NCBI GenBank assembly: GCA_049999805.1
Contig: JBNGIO010006239.1
Coordinates: 298,308 to 318,307, forward strand
DNA: 20,000 nucleotides
Origin: Folioceros fuciformis
Lineage: Eukaryota
Direction: 5' to 3'
Shown here piece by piece: positions 1-8,795 of the stretch (positions are counted from its first letter, which is position 1; the number at the start of each line of letters is the position of its first letter). The notes beneath the pieces are model-generated. The model was not told the DNA's origin, made no database searches, and was given only the letters and a program-made list of their open reading frames with translations. The translations under genes were made by a program, and so were the position numbers.

Positions 1-74
1 AAACAAAAAAAAGTTCACAATTACAATAGTTCAATATGTCTACATTGTTGCTTATACATATGCATTTTGTGAAG

Positions 75-1713
75 ATAGAACGAGCAGGGAAGCTCTTACA
101 ACAATCTCAGTTTTTCAACTATAGGTCTCGAAAGCTTTTGGATGAAGTCAATCGGGTAACTTCAAAGCATTAAAATTTATCAAGGGATTTGAAAGGTGCA
201 CAAATCTTCTCTAATTTTCTATCATTTTTTATTTTTTTTTACCAATAGGAACGAGAGGCACAAATTCAACACAAGAGTGTTGTTAAGGAGATGTGGAAGA
301 AGAAAGAAGGTGTTTATCATCAATGGATTTTGCAAAAGGTGGAACAAGAAAAGCAAGAAGATATAGATTATCAAAAACGAGAGTATGACAAGGCTGTTGC
401 AATTCGAAAGTTCCGGATGGCCCAGGTACATGTCTAGCCTAGAGAAACATGGTGCATGAGAAACTAGTGTTGTGGGTTTGAAATCTTTGTGTTCTTCAAT
501 TCAACTTGAGACTAGTTGGAGGAAAATCACCAATTGTGGCTGAAAGATGAAGAAGCACATGACTATGAGAGAAAGAGAATTCAACGGCAAGCAGAACTGG
601 ATGTTATTGAAGAGGAAGAAACGGAGAAGCGAAGGATACAGATGATCAAAGAAATAGATGAAGAAGCAGCTGCTGCAAACCTCGACCTCAAGGTGGGTAG
701 CTATACATTACCAAGGTTTTATGCCTTGTTATTAGAATGAACTGTAACTTCAAGATTTCATGTTTGGTGTATTTTATTAATCAATTTCAGGTTAGAAGGG
801 AGGCTGAAAAGTTGAAAATTTTGGAAGAAGAAAAGAAAATAGCAGCTTATGCAAAATGGAAACAAGAGTTTGATGATGAAGTTAAAAGGAAGTATAATCA
901 AAAGAAGGCTGAGAAACAGGCTGCTAAAGATAGACTTATTGCAAGACAAGCGAAGGTTAATAGTAACCTTGAATGCATAATTGATTTCAATGGGACCAAG
1001 TTGGATCACATTTTCTTTATAATCACATCTTGTATCATAGCAATTGGAGGAGGCTAGGGTAGCTGCTGCAGAGCGACTGCGAGTTGACGAGACTGAAAGA
1101 GAAATCAAAGAAGAAGCCATTGTTAAATTCTTGAAGGATAAGCGGGAGCGTGAATATGCTTTGTGTCATGAGTCTCGTCAAATGCAGGTACAATTAATAT
1201 GTGTATGATTCTAAGCCTTCGTCTTGGCCTTTAATGGAAGTTGAAACAAGCTTGTATTATGAAGAGCAACGAGTCACATACTGAAAGAAAAAGAATAATG
1301 TTCCTAAACAGTTGGAGCAAAAGAGAATCGCAGAGCAAATAGAACTTGAAGAAAAGCAAGCTATGGGACAACAAGCATGGGAACGTGCTTGGCAAGCCAA
1401 GATGGATGATGAGGCAGAAGCAAAAGTTGTGCATGATACAAATGTAGAATTCGCCAAGAGCTACAAGAAGCATGTGGTATGTGATTTATAACATTTAATC
1501 ATAGCTTAAGATTGTAATAAATTATTCAACTAATTTGAGTTGTTTTTTGAAATGGTTCCTTCTTATCAGGCCCAACAACAACATGCAGCTAAAGTAGAAC
1601 AGCAAGAATTGTTGCAAGCTGATAAGAATATGATACAAATGATGAAGAACGATGATTCTCAGTATGTTTTGGGACCGGATGGCACAATGGCTATGCGTGA
1701 TCTTGTATTATAG
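75..1713 (+). CDS. Cilia/flagella-associated coiled-coil protein, trichohyalin-plectin-homology (TPH) family, CFAP210/CCDC173-like; 5'-partial. Exons 75-155, 249-425, 516-692, 791-955, 1041-1187, 1312-1476, 1570-1713
   Basis: Seven exons joined by GT..AG introns of 85-124 bp, all phase 0, give one open E/K/Q/R-rich frame ending in TAG at 1711-1713. IERAGKLLQQSQFFNYRSRKLLDEVNR|EREAQIQHK resembles the TPH N-terminal motif (ERAK..L....RVK...S.LLL.EV..ER.AQI) of CFAP210/CFAP45. The 5' exons lie outside the window. Confidence 0.72.
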
Positions 1714-1878
1714 TTGATTATGATTTTATTTTAGTTTGAAAATTTTAAACCTATCTATATAAGAGGCGATATAGATGTTGGTGGTGGTGTGAGTAAGAAG
1801 ATGATTCAAAAGATGTGAAAAGATCTTTAAAAATCATGATCACTCATTCTTTTCGGGAACTACGGACTACTATTAGAG

Positions 1879-1933
1879 CATTGTGAAAGGCAGTTAGCAC
1901 ATTGTGAAAGGTAGTTAGCGCATTGCGAAAGGC
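1879..1933. repeat. 21-bp tandem repeat, ~2.6 copies (CATTGTGAAAGGCAGTTAGCA)
   Basis: Copies at 1879-1899, 1900-1920 and 1921-1933, with 1-2 substitutions each. Confidence 0.9.
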
Positions 1934-2428
1934 CCTTGAGAGAGACCGGACTGTGCACGAGTCAAATCAAGCCTATGGAGCAAGGGAAAAAAGAAACAGG
2001 TCATTTGTGTGGAGATTTCATTTCCATCCTCTTAGGTTTCCGGATCCATACTTTTCACCTTCAAGGACTCAATCATAGTTGGAAAGCCTGAGACCTACCT
2101 AAAAATACAGGGTTGTTTCCATGTGTTTCTCCTGTAAGGACTACAATGCATACCATATATCCTAGTTGGAAAGACTGACCCAAAGAAACAGGGTTGTAAC
2201 TAGCTATTAGAGCAGAAAGACGATAGAAGAGGAGAAAACCAATAAGGTAGTCACAGGCCATCATCATATATGACCAACACGTGCTCCCATCGTCTTATTT
2301 GAACCTAACCAGGGCAGGACCTGGATCCCACAACCATATGAAAATTGTAGGTGAAGGAAAGAAAGCTTGTAGAACAACATATTTTTCATGTTAGGCCAAC
2401 ACAATAGTGAGGGAAACCAATAAGTGGG

Positions 2429-3087
2429 TCACAAATCTAATGGCATACTCTTGTTTAATACATAGCAATCAACAAGGGAAGCCTTAATTTGCGTCTCTAC
2501 CCTCTTGCGCTGGCTCTGATGCAGCAAGTGTTCGATGATCTCTACTCCGTACGAGAAGATGAGAGTGCTTCTAGAAGCCTGTCAGGGCATCAATCCCCCT
2601 AGCTTGGAAGTAGAAAAGTTGTTCCGCTTCGAAGTCGATACTATCCACTCCTTGGGAGCATTTCCCATAGTCGGCAATGATCTGAAGGTTGGGTTTCATG
2701 TTCAGTGTGGCCCTCTGGGCCAGCAGCAGATAACCACTTAGCTGTCTAGTGTCAATCTGTTGGGGATATTTGCCAAAAAACAAGGCATAGCAGAGCACAT
2801 AGCAAGTGCTAAGGGATGTATGTGGGGATGAATGAAGGAGTAGAGAAAATGGGAATGACAGCATAAGTCCGAGGTGTCGGTACCTATTCACTCTAATGTT
2901 GACGTCAAAATCACCCTAACCTGAAGATTGAGAGACAAGGCATTTGTGCTGTTGCCAATTGAATCCTCCAGTATGTCTCAACACCAGCTTGTTGTGTAGG
3001 TCGTGTAGCTGGTCCTTTCTAGCCAACAGGAATGACGATATTTTGGTCATGATGTCTGGTCCCAATTGTTGGATCTCTAAGCTCCAC
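2429..3087 (-). pseudogene. sufD: 3' fragment of plastid Fe-S assembly SufD (ABCI7/NAP6-type), disabled
   Basis: Minus translation SLEIQQLGPDIMTKISSFLLARKDQLHDLHNKLVLRHTGGFNWQQHKCLVSQSSG*GDFDVNIRVNR|YPQQIDTRQLSGYLLLAQRATLNMKPNLQIIADYGKCSQGVDSIDFEAEQLFYFQARGIDA, then after a frameshift STLIFSYGVEIIEHL. This matches the plant SufD C-terminus (QQLGPDT..DLHSK..LHKCIV..SSGQAVFDGNVRVNR..KPNLQIIADDVKCSHG..QLFYFQARGID). Lesions: TAG at 2918-2916, intron 2883-2770 with GT donor but AA acceptor, frameshift near 2578. The 3' end is approximate. Confidence 0.88.
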
Positions 3088-3499
3088 CTTGAATTAACAT
3101 ATGCTTCGGGGTAAGTCGGAGTAGACCCATGCCGGATTCCGTGCTGCTAGCTCGATAACCAGACTGACAGTAAGGACAGTCCATTCAAGATACCGTACTT
3201 TGTCATCATGCAAGAAGCATGGCGGAATCGTCTCGGACAGTTGCAGGTGTCCTAGCGACGGCGAGCGAAAAACCTTATGCTGGCCAATACACCCCACTCC
3301 CTCCAATATAGCAGTACACAATGCCCTATAGTTGAAGCAATGGTTACTATAGATAAATAAAAAAAGGTGATAAATAATTAGTGTAGACATGTCTACACAT
3401 GTAACATTTTCAAAAAATGGTAAAAAGTGGATACAAAGCTAGGATCATACCAACTGTAGAACCCTAAACCCTAGAATGCGCCAAATGGGCTTTGTGGAA

Positions 3500-3921
3500 T
3501 CCGACTGTTTTGACCATACCTTGTTAAATGCTTTTGTTGCATTTATTACACTCATTGCATCGACTGCATCGTAGAGATGATTCAAGTTAGTCCATGTTGT
3601 GGCTGCATCTGGAGCTCCTATCACATGATGTGCAGTGGTCTTGTTAAGTCCAGATAAAATTATTTTTCTTGCTTTCCTGTCAGTCTTTTCCTATGCCACT
3701 AAATCAGCTGCTAATGCAGGATTTGTTCATGTGGTGACATGTTTAGGGTAAGTGCCATCAATGACTATCTAGAGGGCATTGTCCTCAAGAATAGACCACA
3801 TATGTAGGGACTGAATATTATAGTGTGATCCTGAGAATCTTTGTTTTTTCTTAAAATCAATCTTAATTGTGTTGTTGATTGTTGTTGTGGAGATATTTGC
3901 TGAGGTACTTGAGGAGGCCAT
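3500..3921 (-). pseudogene. gag: Degenerate Ty1/copia gag N-terminal region (DUF4219/UBN2-like)
   Basis: ATG at 3921: MASSSTSANISTTTINNTIKIDFKKKQRFSGSHYNIQSLHMWSILEDNAL*IVIDGTYPKHVTT*TNPALAADLVA*EKTDRKARKIILSGLNKTTAHHVIGAPDAATTWTNLNHLY. This fits the copia gag pattern F.G.NY..W...M..IL....LW.VV.G...W...D.KA...I..........A...W..L...Y. In-frame stops at 3771, 3729 and 3693, two of them at conserved Trp positions. Confidence 0.82.
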
Positions 3922-4360
3922 GTTTGAGAGTGGAGTAACATGAGTTCAAGGATATTTGATATGTCTATGTGTTCTTTGTGGGGGTGACTATATCCAGGAT
4001 TTGTAACCTAATCTTGATGAGAGTGTAGATGCAACAACTCACTCACAACAAGACTGAACAACATGCTTTCCATACACTAGATATTTGGTAGATTCCCATT
4101 TGCAGGTATTTTATCCTTTCTATTCTTCATTGTTTTGCAATTTGATTTTAAAAGTTATGAGACCTTTTGATTAAATGATGTAATATCTTGTGGAGATTGA
4201 TTATTTTAAATTGCCTTTGAGTGATCAACTTGACTAAGTTAGATGCTACCAAACGATGGCACTTCTCTAAAATTTTGGAGAAATGCCCAAATATGATGTT
4301 GATGGGATTCTGTACCCTCTATCTGTAATTCAATAGATCGTGTGGATTCCAATCTTGGAT

Positions 4361-4424
4361 TGCATCTGCAATACCTAGGTGTGGGTTTGTATTGCATATG
4401 CAATATCTAGGTGTGGGTTTGTAA
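4361..4424. repeat. 32-bp tandem repeat, 2 copies, in the copia 5' leader
   Basis: TGCATCTGCAATACCTAGGTGTGGGTTTGTAT (4361-4392) vs TGCATATGCAATATCTAGGTGTGGGTTTGTAA (4393-4424). Confidence 0.88.
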
Positions 4425-4558
4425 ACTTGTTGTACTCGATGAGGATTTCTTGGGCTTCGATAGACTCGGTAATCTTCAACTAGGCTCATAGAGTTTTTAC
4501 CATGCCTAAGCATTTTGCTAGCATTTGAATAACATGCTATAAATTGAGATATGAAAGG

Positions 4559-4570
4559 GCTCTGATACCA
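4559..4570 (-). promoter_or_regulatory. Primer-binding site (tRNA-iMet), copy 1
   Basis: Plus GCTCTGATACCA = minus TGGTATCAGAGC, the canonical plant LTR-retrotransposon PBS, directly adjacent to TGTTAG (LTR end). Confidence 0.88.
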
Positions 4571-4651
4571 TGTTAGAGTACATGGATTGACTAGAAGCGA
4601 GTGCAACTAGCATTTGAACAACATGCTATAAATAAATTGAGATATGAAAGG

Positions 4652-4663
4652 GCTCTGATACCA
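4652..4663 (-). promoter_or_regulatory. Primer-binding site (tRNA-iMet), copy 2
   Basis: Second exact GCTCTGATACCA followed by TGTTAG. Confidence 0.88.
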
Positions 4664-4996
4664 TGTTAGAGTACATGGATTAACCGGAAGCGAGTGCAAC
4701 CAAAACATGAAAGTGTATTTGGGCAGCGATGTCTAAGAAAAATATATAGAAGTAGTTATAACTGAATTAAAAAAACTGCCTATTCATATCACATTTGCTG
4801 AAGGAATAATTAAAGTATACTCTTCAAACGTGCCTAGCGTTCTAAGAGGTAAACCTCTACAAGCCATTCCATTCATCTCAAGGCAGGGGAGACGCTTCCG
4901 GCTGCGTGGAACAAGCCTCGAGCCTCGAGATCTTCAGAAGAGCCCATGAAATAATCGGCTCGCGCTCTAATTTCTCGTGGAAGACATCTAAACTTG

Positions 4997-5023
4997 AGAC
5001 TCTTGAGATGATCTCAAGAGTCT
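4997..5023. repeat. Perfect 13-bp inverted repeat with 1-nt spacer
   Basis: AGACTCTTGAGAT-G-ATCTCAAGAGTCT, ~240 bp upstream of the SET gene ATG. Confidence 0.9.
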
Positions 5024-5260
5024 GTAATGGAATGGGAAGAGCCAAGCACCCGGTTTCGGAGGAAATGTGTGCATTTAACTTACCGGGCTGTCAAATTTGA
5101 AAACTTATCCAGATACTGTCTTTTCAAACCGGTGTCGATCTATCTCCCGTTTGCGCTTTGGTATGATCCAAGCATCTGCAAGCTAAGCAACAAAAGGCTA
5201 CACGAGCGTTAGCGATACTCAACCACTCCGTTAGGTGACTAGAACGAAGGGGAAAGGAAG

Positions 5261-7615
5261 ATGGGAGTCATGGCATCTCATGACCCAGAGGCAGGAGCAG
5301 GAGCAGGAAGGGTGTTGATTCCCGACCTAGTCGATAACATATTAGCGGAAACGCTCCGTGGCAAGGGCATCTTCTTCGCAGAGCAGTCAAAAACGTTCCG
5401 TAAACGGAGATTGATTGTCGGGCATAATCAGGCTGCAGAGGAATACATGCGACTGACTAGTGGTCAGGGTCGTCATTCCTTGGCAACTCCGTCTAGCCAC
5501 CTTGTGCGGGATCCATCGGAGCCGTCGCCTCCACTCTCAAGTTTACAGGGGCGTACCAGTATCCCTGCTGCCTGGCAATGGCAGAGAGAGCATGATCTCA
5601 CAGGCAAAGGATGGTATATAGTCGGCAAATTTTGCGTGCAGCCGTTCATGACGGGGGGAGTCCGCACGGTTTTTGAAGACCAGCTTGGGCATGCTGTGTT
5701 AGTGGTTATTGACAATGCGATGGGTCCTGCAGCGAGCAAGATGGATGTGCGGAACATGTACCCGGAGGGCATGGCAGTGGCAATCAAAGAGCCTAGGCTC
5801 GAAGAGCTGTGGAATGATGGGACGGTTGGCTGGAAGGTTGGTAACCCTGCAGACATAGTGCCAATTCTCGAGAGGCGGTTGATTCAGGAGGCAGCTAAGG
5901 TTTACAAGTCAGCAGAAGATGGATCCAAATGGCGCAGGCTAATGTTGGATTGCGCAGAGAGACTGAGTGTTGCAGGAAACGCTCGATTCGCTCTTGGCGA
6001 GTGGAACCGGGCAAGTGTTTTGTACTCCTTGAGTGTCCAGGCCCTGGAGAAGGTCGGGCCGACCTATCGTGGACATGATTCGATGAAGCTCATCACCGTA
6101 TATGGTAAACATTTGGAGTCGTGTCTGCTGCTCGGAAGCTACAGGGAGGCTCTCAAGAGTGCCGATAAGCTATTGGCGCTGCTCCCTCACGAAGAGGCAG
6201 TCTCACTGGAGAGAGCTCGATGTTTGTGCGTAATGCACCGATACGAAGAAGCGATTTCCTGTCTTGATTTGCTGGAGGCGAGGACCTTGGATGAGAAGTT
6301 CTTGAGGAAGGTATCGGCTATGAGGGTCAGTGTAGCAACGGCTTGTCTACAGAGTCGTTCGGGAGTCTACAAGTTTGACGACTTCGTGGAGATTTTCCTT
6401 CAGAAGAAAGAGGCACCAGAGTGCAGTCAGTACGTTGGACCCGTCGAGATCCGAAGAGCATCCTGTGGGCGGGGAATGTTTGCGACAAGAGACGTGAGGC
6501 CAGGCGAGCTATTGCTTGTGAGCAAGGCTCTTGCCCGGCCGTCAGAAGAATCCATAACACATGGACGCGCGCTGGACTGTTGTCCTGGCCTTCTCTTCTA
6601 TGGTCCCCCTGGCGGTGACCAACCCAACGAGCCGGTGGACACTTGGCCTTCAGATTGTCAGGATGCCGTGGTACAGATGGTAGGAAAGGCACTAAATTCT
6701 CCAAAGTATGCCAGGCAGGTTCAGAGCCTTCATGACGGGTCCCAGGTCCGAAGAGATGTGCCTCCACTAACCCTGTTCACTGAAGACTGGGATGATGACG
6801 ACAATATCCATGCCATCACAAATCCCGGGAAGGAGGAAGAACACGTCCAAACCATCCGGATTGGGCACCTCCGTAATGTTCACGAAGCCAACTCAATAGG
6901 AGGTGCAGTATACGGGACGGCGTCTTTCTTCAACCATTCATGCATCCCTAATTGCATGAACTACCCAGTGGGCGATTATCTCTTTGTTTCCTCGACTCGT
7001 TCCATACGAGAAGGAGATGAGCTTTTTGTTAGTTACTTCCCGACAACTAACAGCCTACAGTTACGTCAAAGACAAGCCTGGCCATTGTTCGTGTGTGAGT
7101 GCCCTCGTTGTAAGTTTGAAAAGCAGGTACTGAAGAACACCCCGGCTTTGCAAGAGCTGATGGACGAATATGATGAAGAGTTTGCAACAAGAAGAGCCAT
7201 AATGAAGACGCCTTCACGAGCGGCAACGTTTGTTGGTGACTTGGAGAGGATCTTGAAGAGTGATGACTGCGCACAGTTGAGTGACCAGCAGAAATACTGG
7301 ATCCGGTGCTCCTTCACCGAGGCTCATGTGCTCCTTTGCTGCCAGCAGATCACTCAGGGTAACCTGTCTACCGTGGACAGCACGCTGAACATCTTAGATT
7401 CAGTTGATCAGGGTAATCCATGCATATTAGCCTTATTGGCCTTGAGCGTTGAGGAAGAGTTGAATGGTGCTGGAGGGGCTGGCGGCAACCACTTCACAGA
7501 ACTTCTTCAGGAAACGTCGAAGCACATTTATCTACCTGTGGAGGAGAAAGATCTTCACTTGATGATGGACTGGGCTAAGATGTGTAGACTCAGCCTCATA
7601 CGACTTCTCGTTTGA
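5261..7615 (+). CDS. Intronless TPR- and SET-domain protein lysine methyltransferase (SMYD-like split SET; ATXR1/SDG35-type), 784 aa
   Basis: SET-N GPVEIRRASCGRGMFATRDVRPGELLLVSKA; SET-C ASFFNHSCIPNC..IREGDELFVSY; post-SET FVCECPRC. TPR-like helices (GNARFALGEWNRASVLYS; RARCLCVMHRYEEAISCL) precede the SET. One uninterrupted 2355-bp ORF. Confidence 0.9.
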   Translation: MGVMASHDPEAGAGAGRVLIPDLVDNILAETLRGKGIFFAEQSKTFRKRRLIVGHNQAAEEYMRLTSGQGRHSLATPSSHLVRDPSEPSPPLSSLQGRTSIPAAWQWQREHDLTGKGWYIVGKFCVQPFMTGGVRTVFEDQLGHAVLVVIDNAMGPAASKMDVRNMYPEGMAVAIKEPRLEELWNDGTVGWKVGNPADIVPILERRLIQEAAKVYKSAEDGSKWRRLMLDCAERLSVAGNARFALGEWNRASVLYSLSVQALEKVGPTYRGHDSMKLITVYGKHLESCLLLGSYREALKSADKLLALLPHEEAVSLERARCLCVMHRYEEAISCLDLLEARTLDEKFLRKVSAMRVSVATACLQSRSGVYKFDDFVEIFLQKKEAPECSQYVGPVEIRRASCGRGMFATRDVRPGELLLVSKALARPSEESITHGRALDCCPGLLFYGPPGGDQPNEPVDTWPSDCQDAVVQMVGKALNSPKYARQVQSLHDGSQVRRDVPPLTLFTEDWDDDDNIHAITNPGKEEEHVQTIRIGHLRNVHEANSIGGAVYGTASFFNHSCIPNCMNYPVGDYLFVSSTRSIREGDELFVSYFPTTNSLQLRQRQAWPLFVCECPRCKFEKQVLKNTPALQELMDEYDEEFATRRAIMKTPSRAATFVGDLERILKSDDCAQLSDQQKYWIRCSFTEAHVLLCCQQITQGNLSTVDSTLNILDSVDQGNPCILALLALSVEEELNGAGGAGGNHFTELLQETSKHIYLPVEEKDLHLMMDWAKMCRLSLIRLLV

Positions 7616-8423
7616 GAATGTGATACTTCTATGTATTGTATGTAGGATTGTAGACTGTGCTTACTGGAGCATCGCTTTGTTTCCGATTTAATAAGCACTG
7701 TGGTGTCACCATGTAGCAGCAATAGAGAGGAAGGAGATTTTGGAGCACACAGCAAAAAATACGCACACACCCACGCCGTGGCTCTGAAAGATCGCCACAG
7801 TTCCTCATGTCGGAAACGACAGATCACAAACAGTCCAGCTAACCAACACATCTCTCCGAAGGCTGAGAAAGCTGTGGCCGATCTCCCACCATGCCATGTC
7901 ATCGGAGCAATCAGTTCTACAATCGGAGTGCTTCCTCTGCTGCAGCGTTTCACCCGATTGGAAACCTAAAAATTCCACACGATGTCCGAATTGGTTGAGC
8001 TGAGTTTGAAAAGAAAGGGCGTCTGAGCCTCCGGCGCTAAGCCTGTCAGCCAAAACGTAGTTCCCTGCGGATTCTTGGGAAGAACATAGTTCTAGTGCTT
8101 CTCTCCGGAGCTGAGATACCTGACGGTAAAGTTCTGAAGATTCGTGTGGCGTTGCGGCCATCAACCACGGCCTGCACCGTGCTCGATGAATCGGTAGGGC
8201 AGAGGAGTGGCGTACAAGTTGAAAGCGATTTCAAGCAGCAGGACTTGCTCACACAGGTTTTCTAAACGTGGAGTAAGCGTGAAATCCCGCCAACACCTTC
8301 AGCACACCTCACGGACACACCAAAAAGCCTTCAGATGGCTGGCACATTTATTACTGATAGAGAACGGTCACATCTGGATGCAACAGTCGGTTCCATGCAA
8401 CCTTGGGAAGCTGCCAGGCGAGA

Positions 8424-8795
8424 TCACGGAACCACGCGTTTCTGGAGGAGTTGTCGGCGTCCCATCGCACCTGCAGCCGGGCTACTGTAGAAGCTGTTAA
8501 TTAACTGCAGCTCCCATTCTCCTGCGACTCTTCGCCATCGCCGCACTGCTTCTAGCGAGGGGGCCGCGCCCTTGAACACCGCCGCAGCAGCAACCGCTGC
8601 CGTGGCTCCTGCAGCCTCGGCTCCGATGAGAGAGACGAAAGGCGCCACGCTGCTCACTGTGCACCGGATGGCAGCCCGTTGAGCCTCGCCGTGGTTGCCT
8701 GCACTCGCGTGCACTGCAGCCACCACGAATCCCACAAGCGGGATACTCTCACATACGAGAGTTGATGGACCGCTTTTGTCGAAGGCGGTTCCCAT
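8424..8795 (-). CDS. Small Met-Gly protein, 123 aa, with hydrophobic and Ala-rich segments; paralog of 9159-9419; function unknown
   Basis: Internal ATG (ACAATGG context) in track ORF 8424..9008: MGTAFDKSGPSTLVCESIPLVGFVVAAVHASAGNHGEAQRAAIRCTVSSVA. It is 24/51 identical, ungapped, to the upstream ORF. AATAAA on the minus strand at 8352-8347, ~70 bp after the stop. Confidence 0.75.
   Translation of the reverse strand: MGTAFDKSGPSTLVCESIPLVGFVVAAVHASAGNHGEAQRAAIRCTVSSVAPFVSLIGAEAAGATAAVAAAAVFKGAAPSLEAVRRWRRVAGEWELQLINSFYSSPAAGAMGRRQLLQKRVVP

Larger units (their letters stand above)
3500..4700 (-). mobile_element. Truncated Ty1/copia LTR retrotransposon remnant (5' LTR end, PBS, 5' leader, partial gag)
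   Basis: The minus strand reads ...TCTAACA|TGGTATCAGAGC (LTR-terminal CA followed by the tRNA-iMet PBS) about 640 bp upstream of the gag ATG. No pol and no matching 3' LTR found in the window. Boundaries approximate. Confidence 0.8.
4518..4700. repeat. ~90-bp tandem duplication spanning the LTR/PBS junction
   Basis: Copy 1 (4518-4606) and copy 2 (4607-4700) both read CTAGCATTTGAA..ATGCTATAAA..TTGAGATATGAAAGGGCTCTGATACCATGTTAGAGTACATGGATT..GAAGCGAGTGCAA; they differ by a 4-bp indel and a few substitutions. Confidence 0.93.

Noticed and set aside
1879-1933. CRISPR-like array
   Set aside because: Contiguous repeats without unique spacers, no cas genes, eukaryotic context.
1720-2430. 3' LTR and PPT of the copia element
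   Set aside because: No second copy of the TGTTAGAGTACATGGATT LTR end was found, so a full-length element cannot be claimed.
2571-2891. 106-aa ORF as an intact gene
   Set aside because: It is a read-through of a 114-bp decayed intron plus a SufD exon, bounded by a premature stop and a frameshift.
3094-3390. 98-aa minus ORF as an upstream SufD exon
   Set aside because: Only a faint resemblance (YLEWTV vs HIKWT); not supportable without an alignment.
3381-3420. Helitron 3' terminus
   Set aside because: The palindrome is not followed by a CTRR end at the expected ~10-15 bp distance on either strand.
7555-8252. Overlapping ORFs of 68-132 aa between the SET gene and the small genes
   Set aside because: No motifs, no third copy of the Met-Gly core, no convincing splice model; probably 3' UTR or intergenic, though a small gene cannot be excluded.
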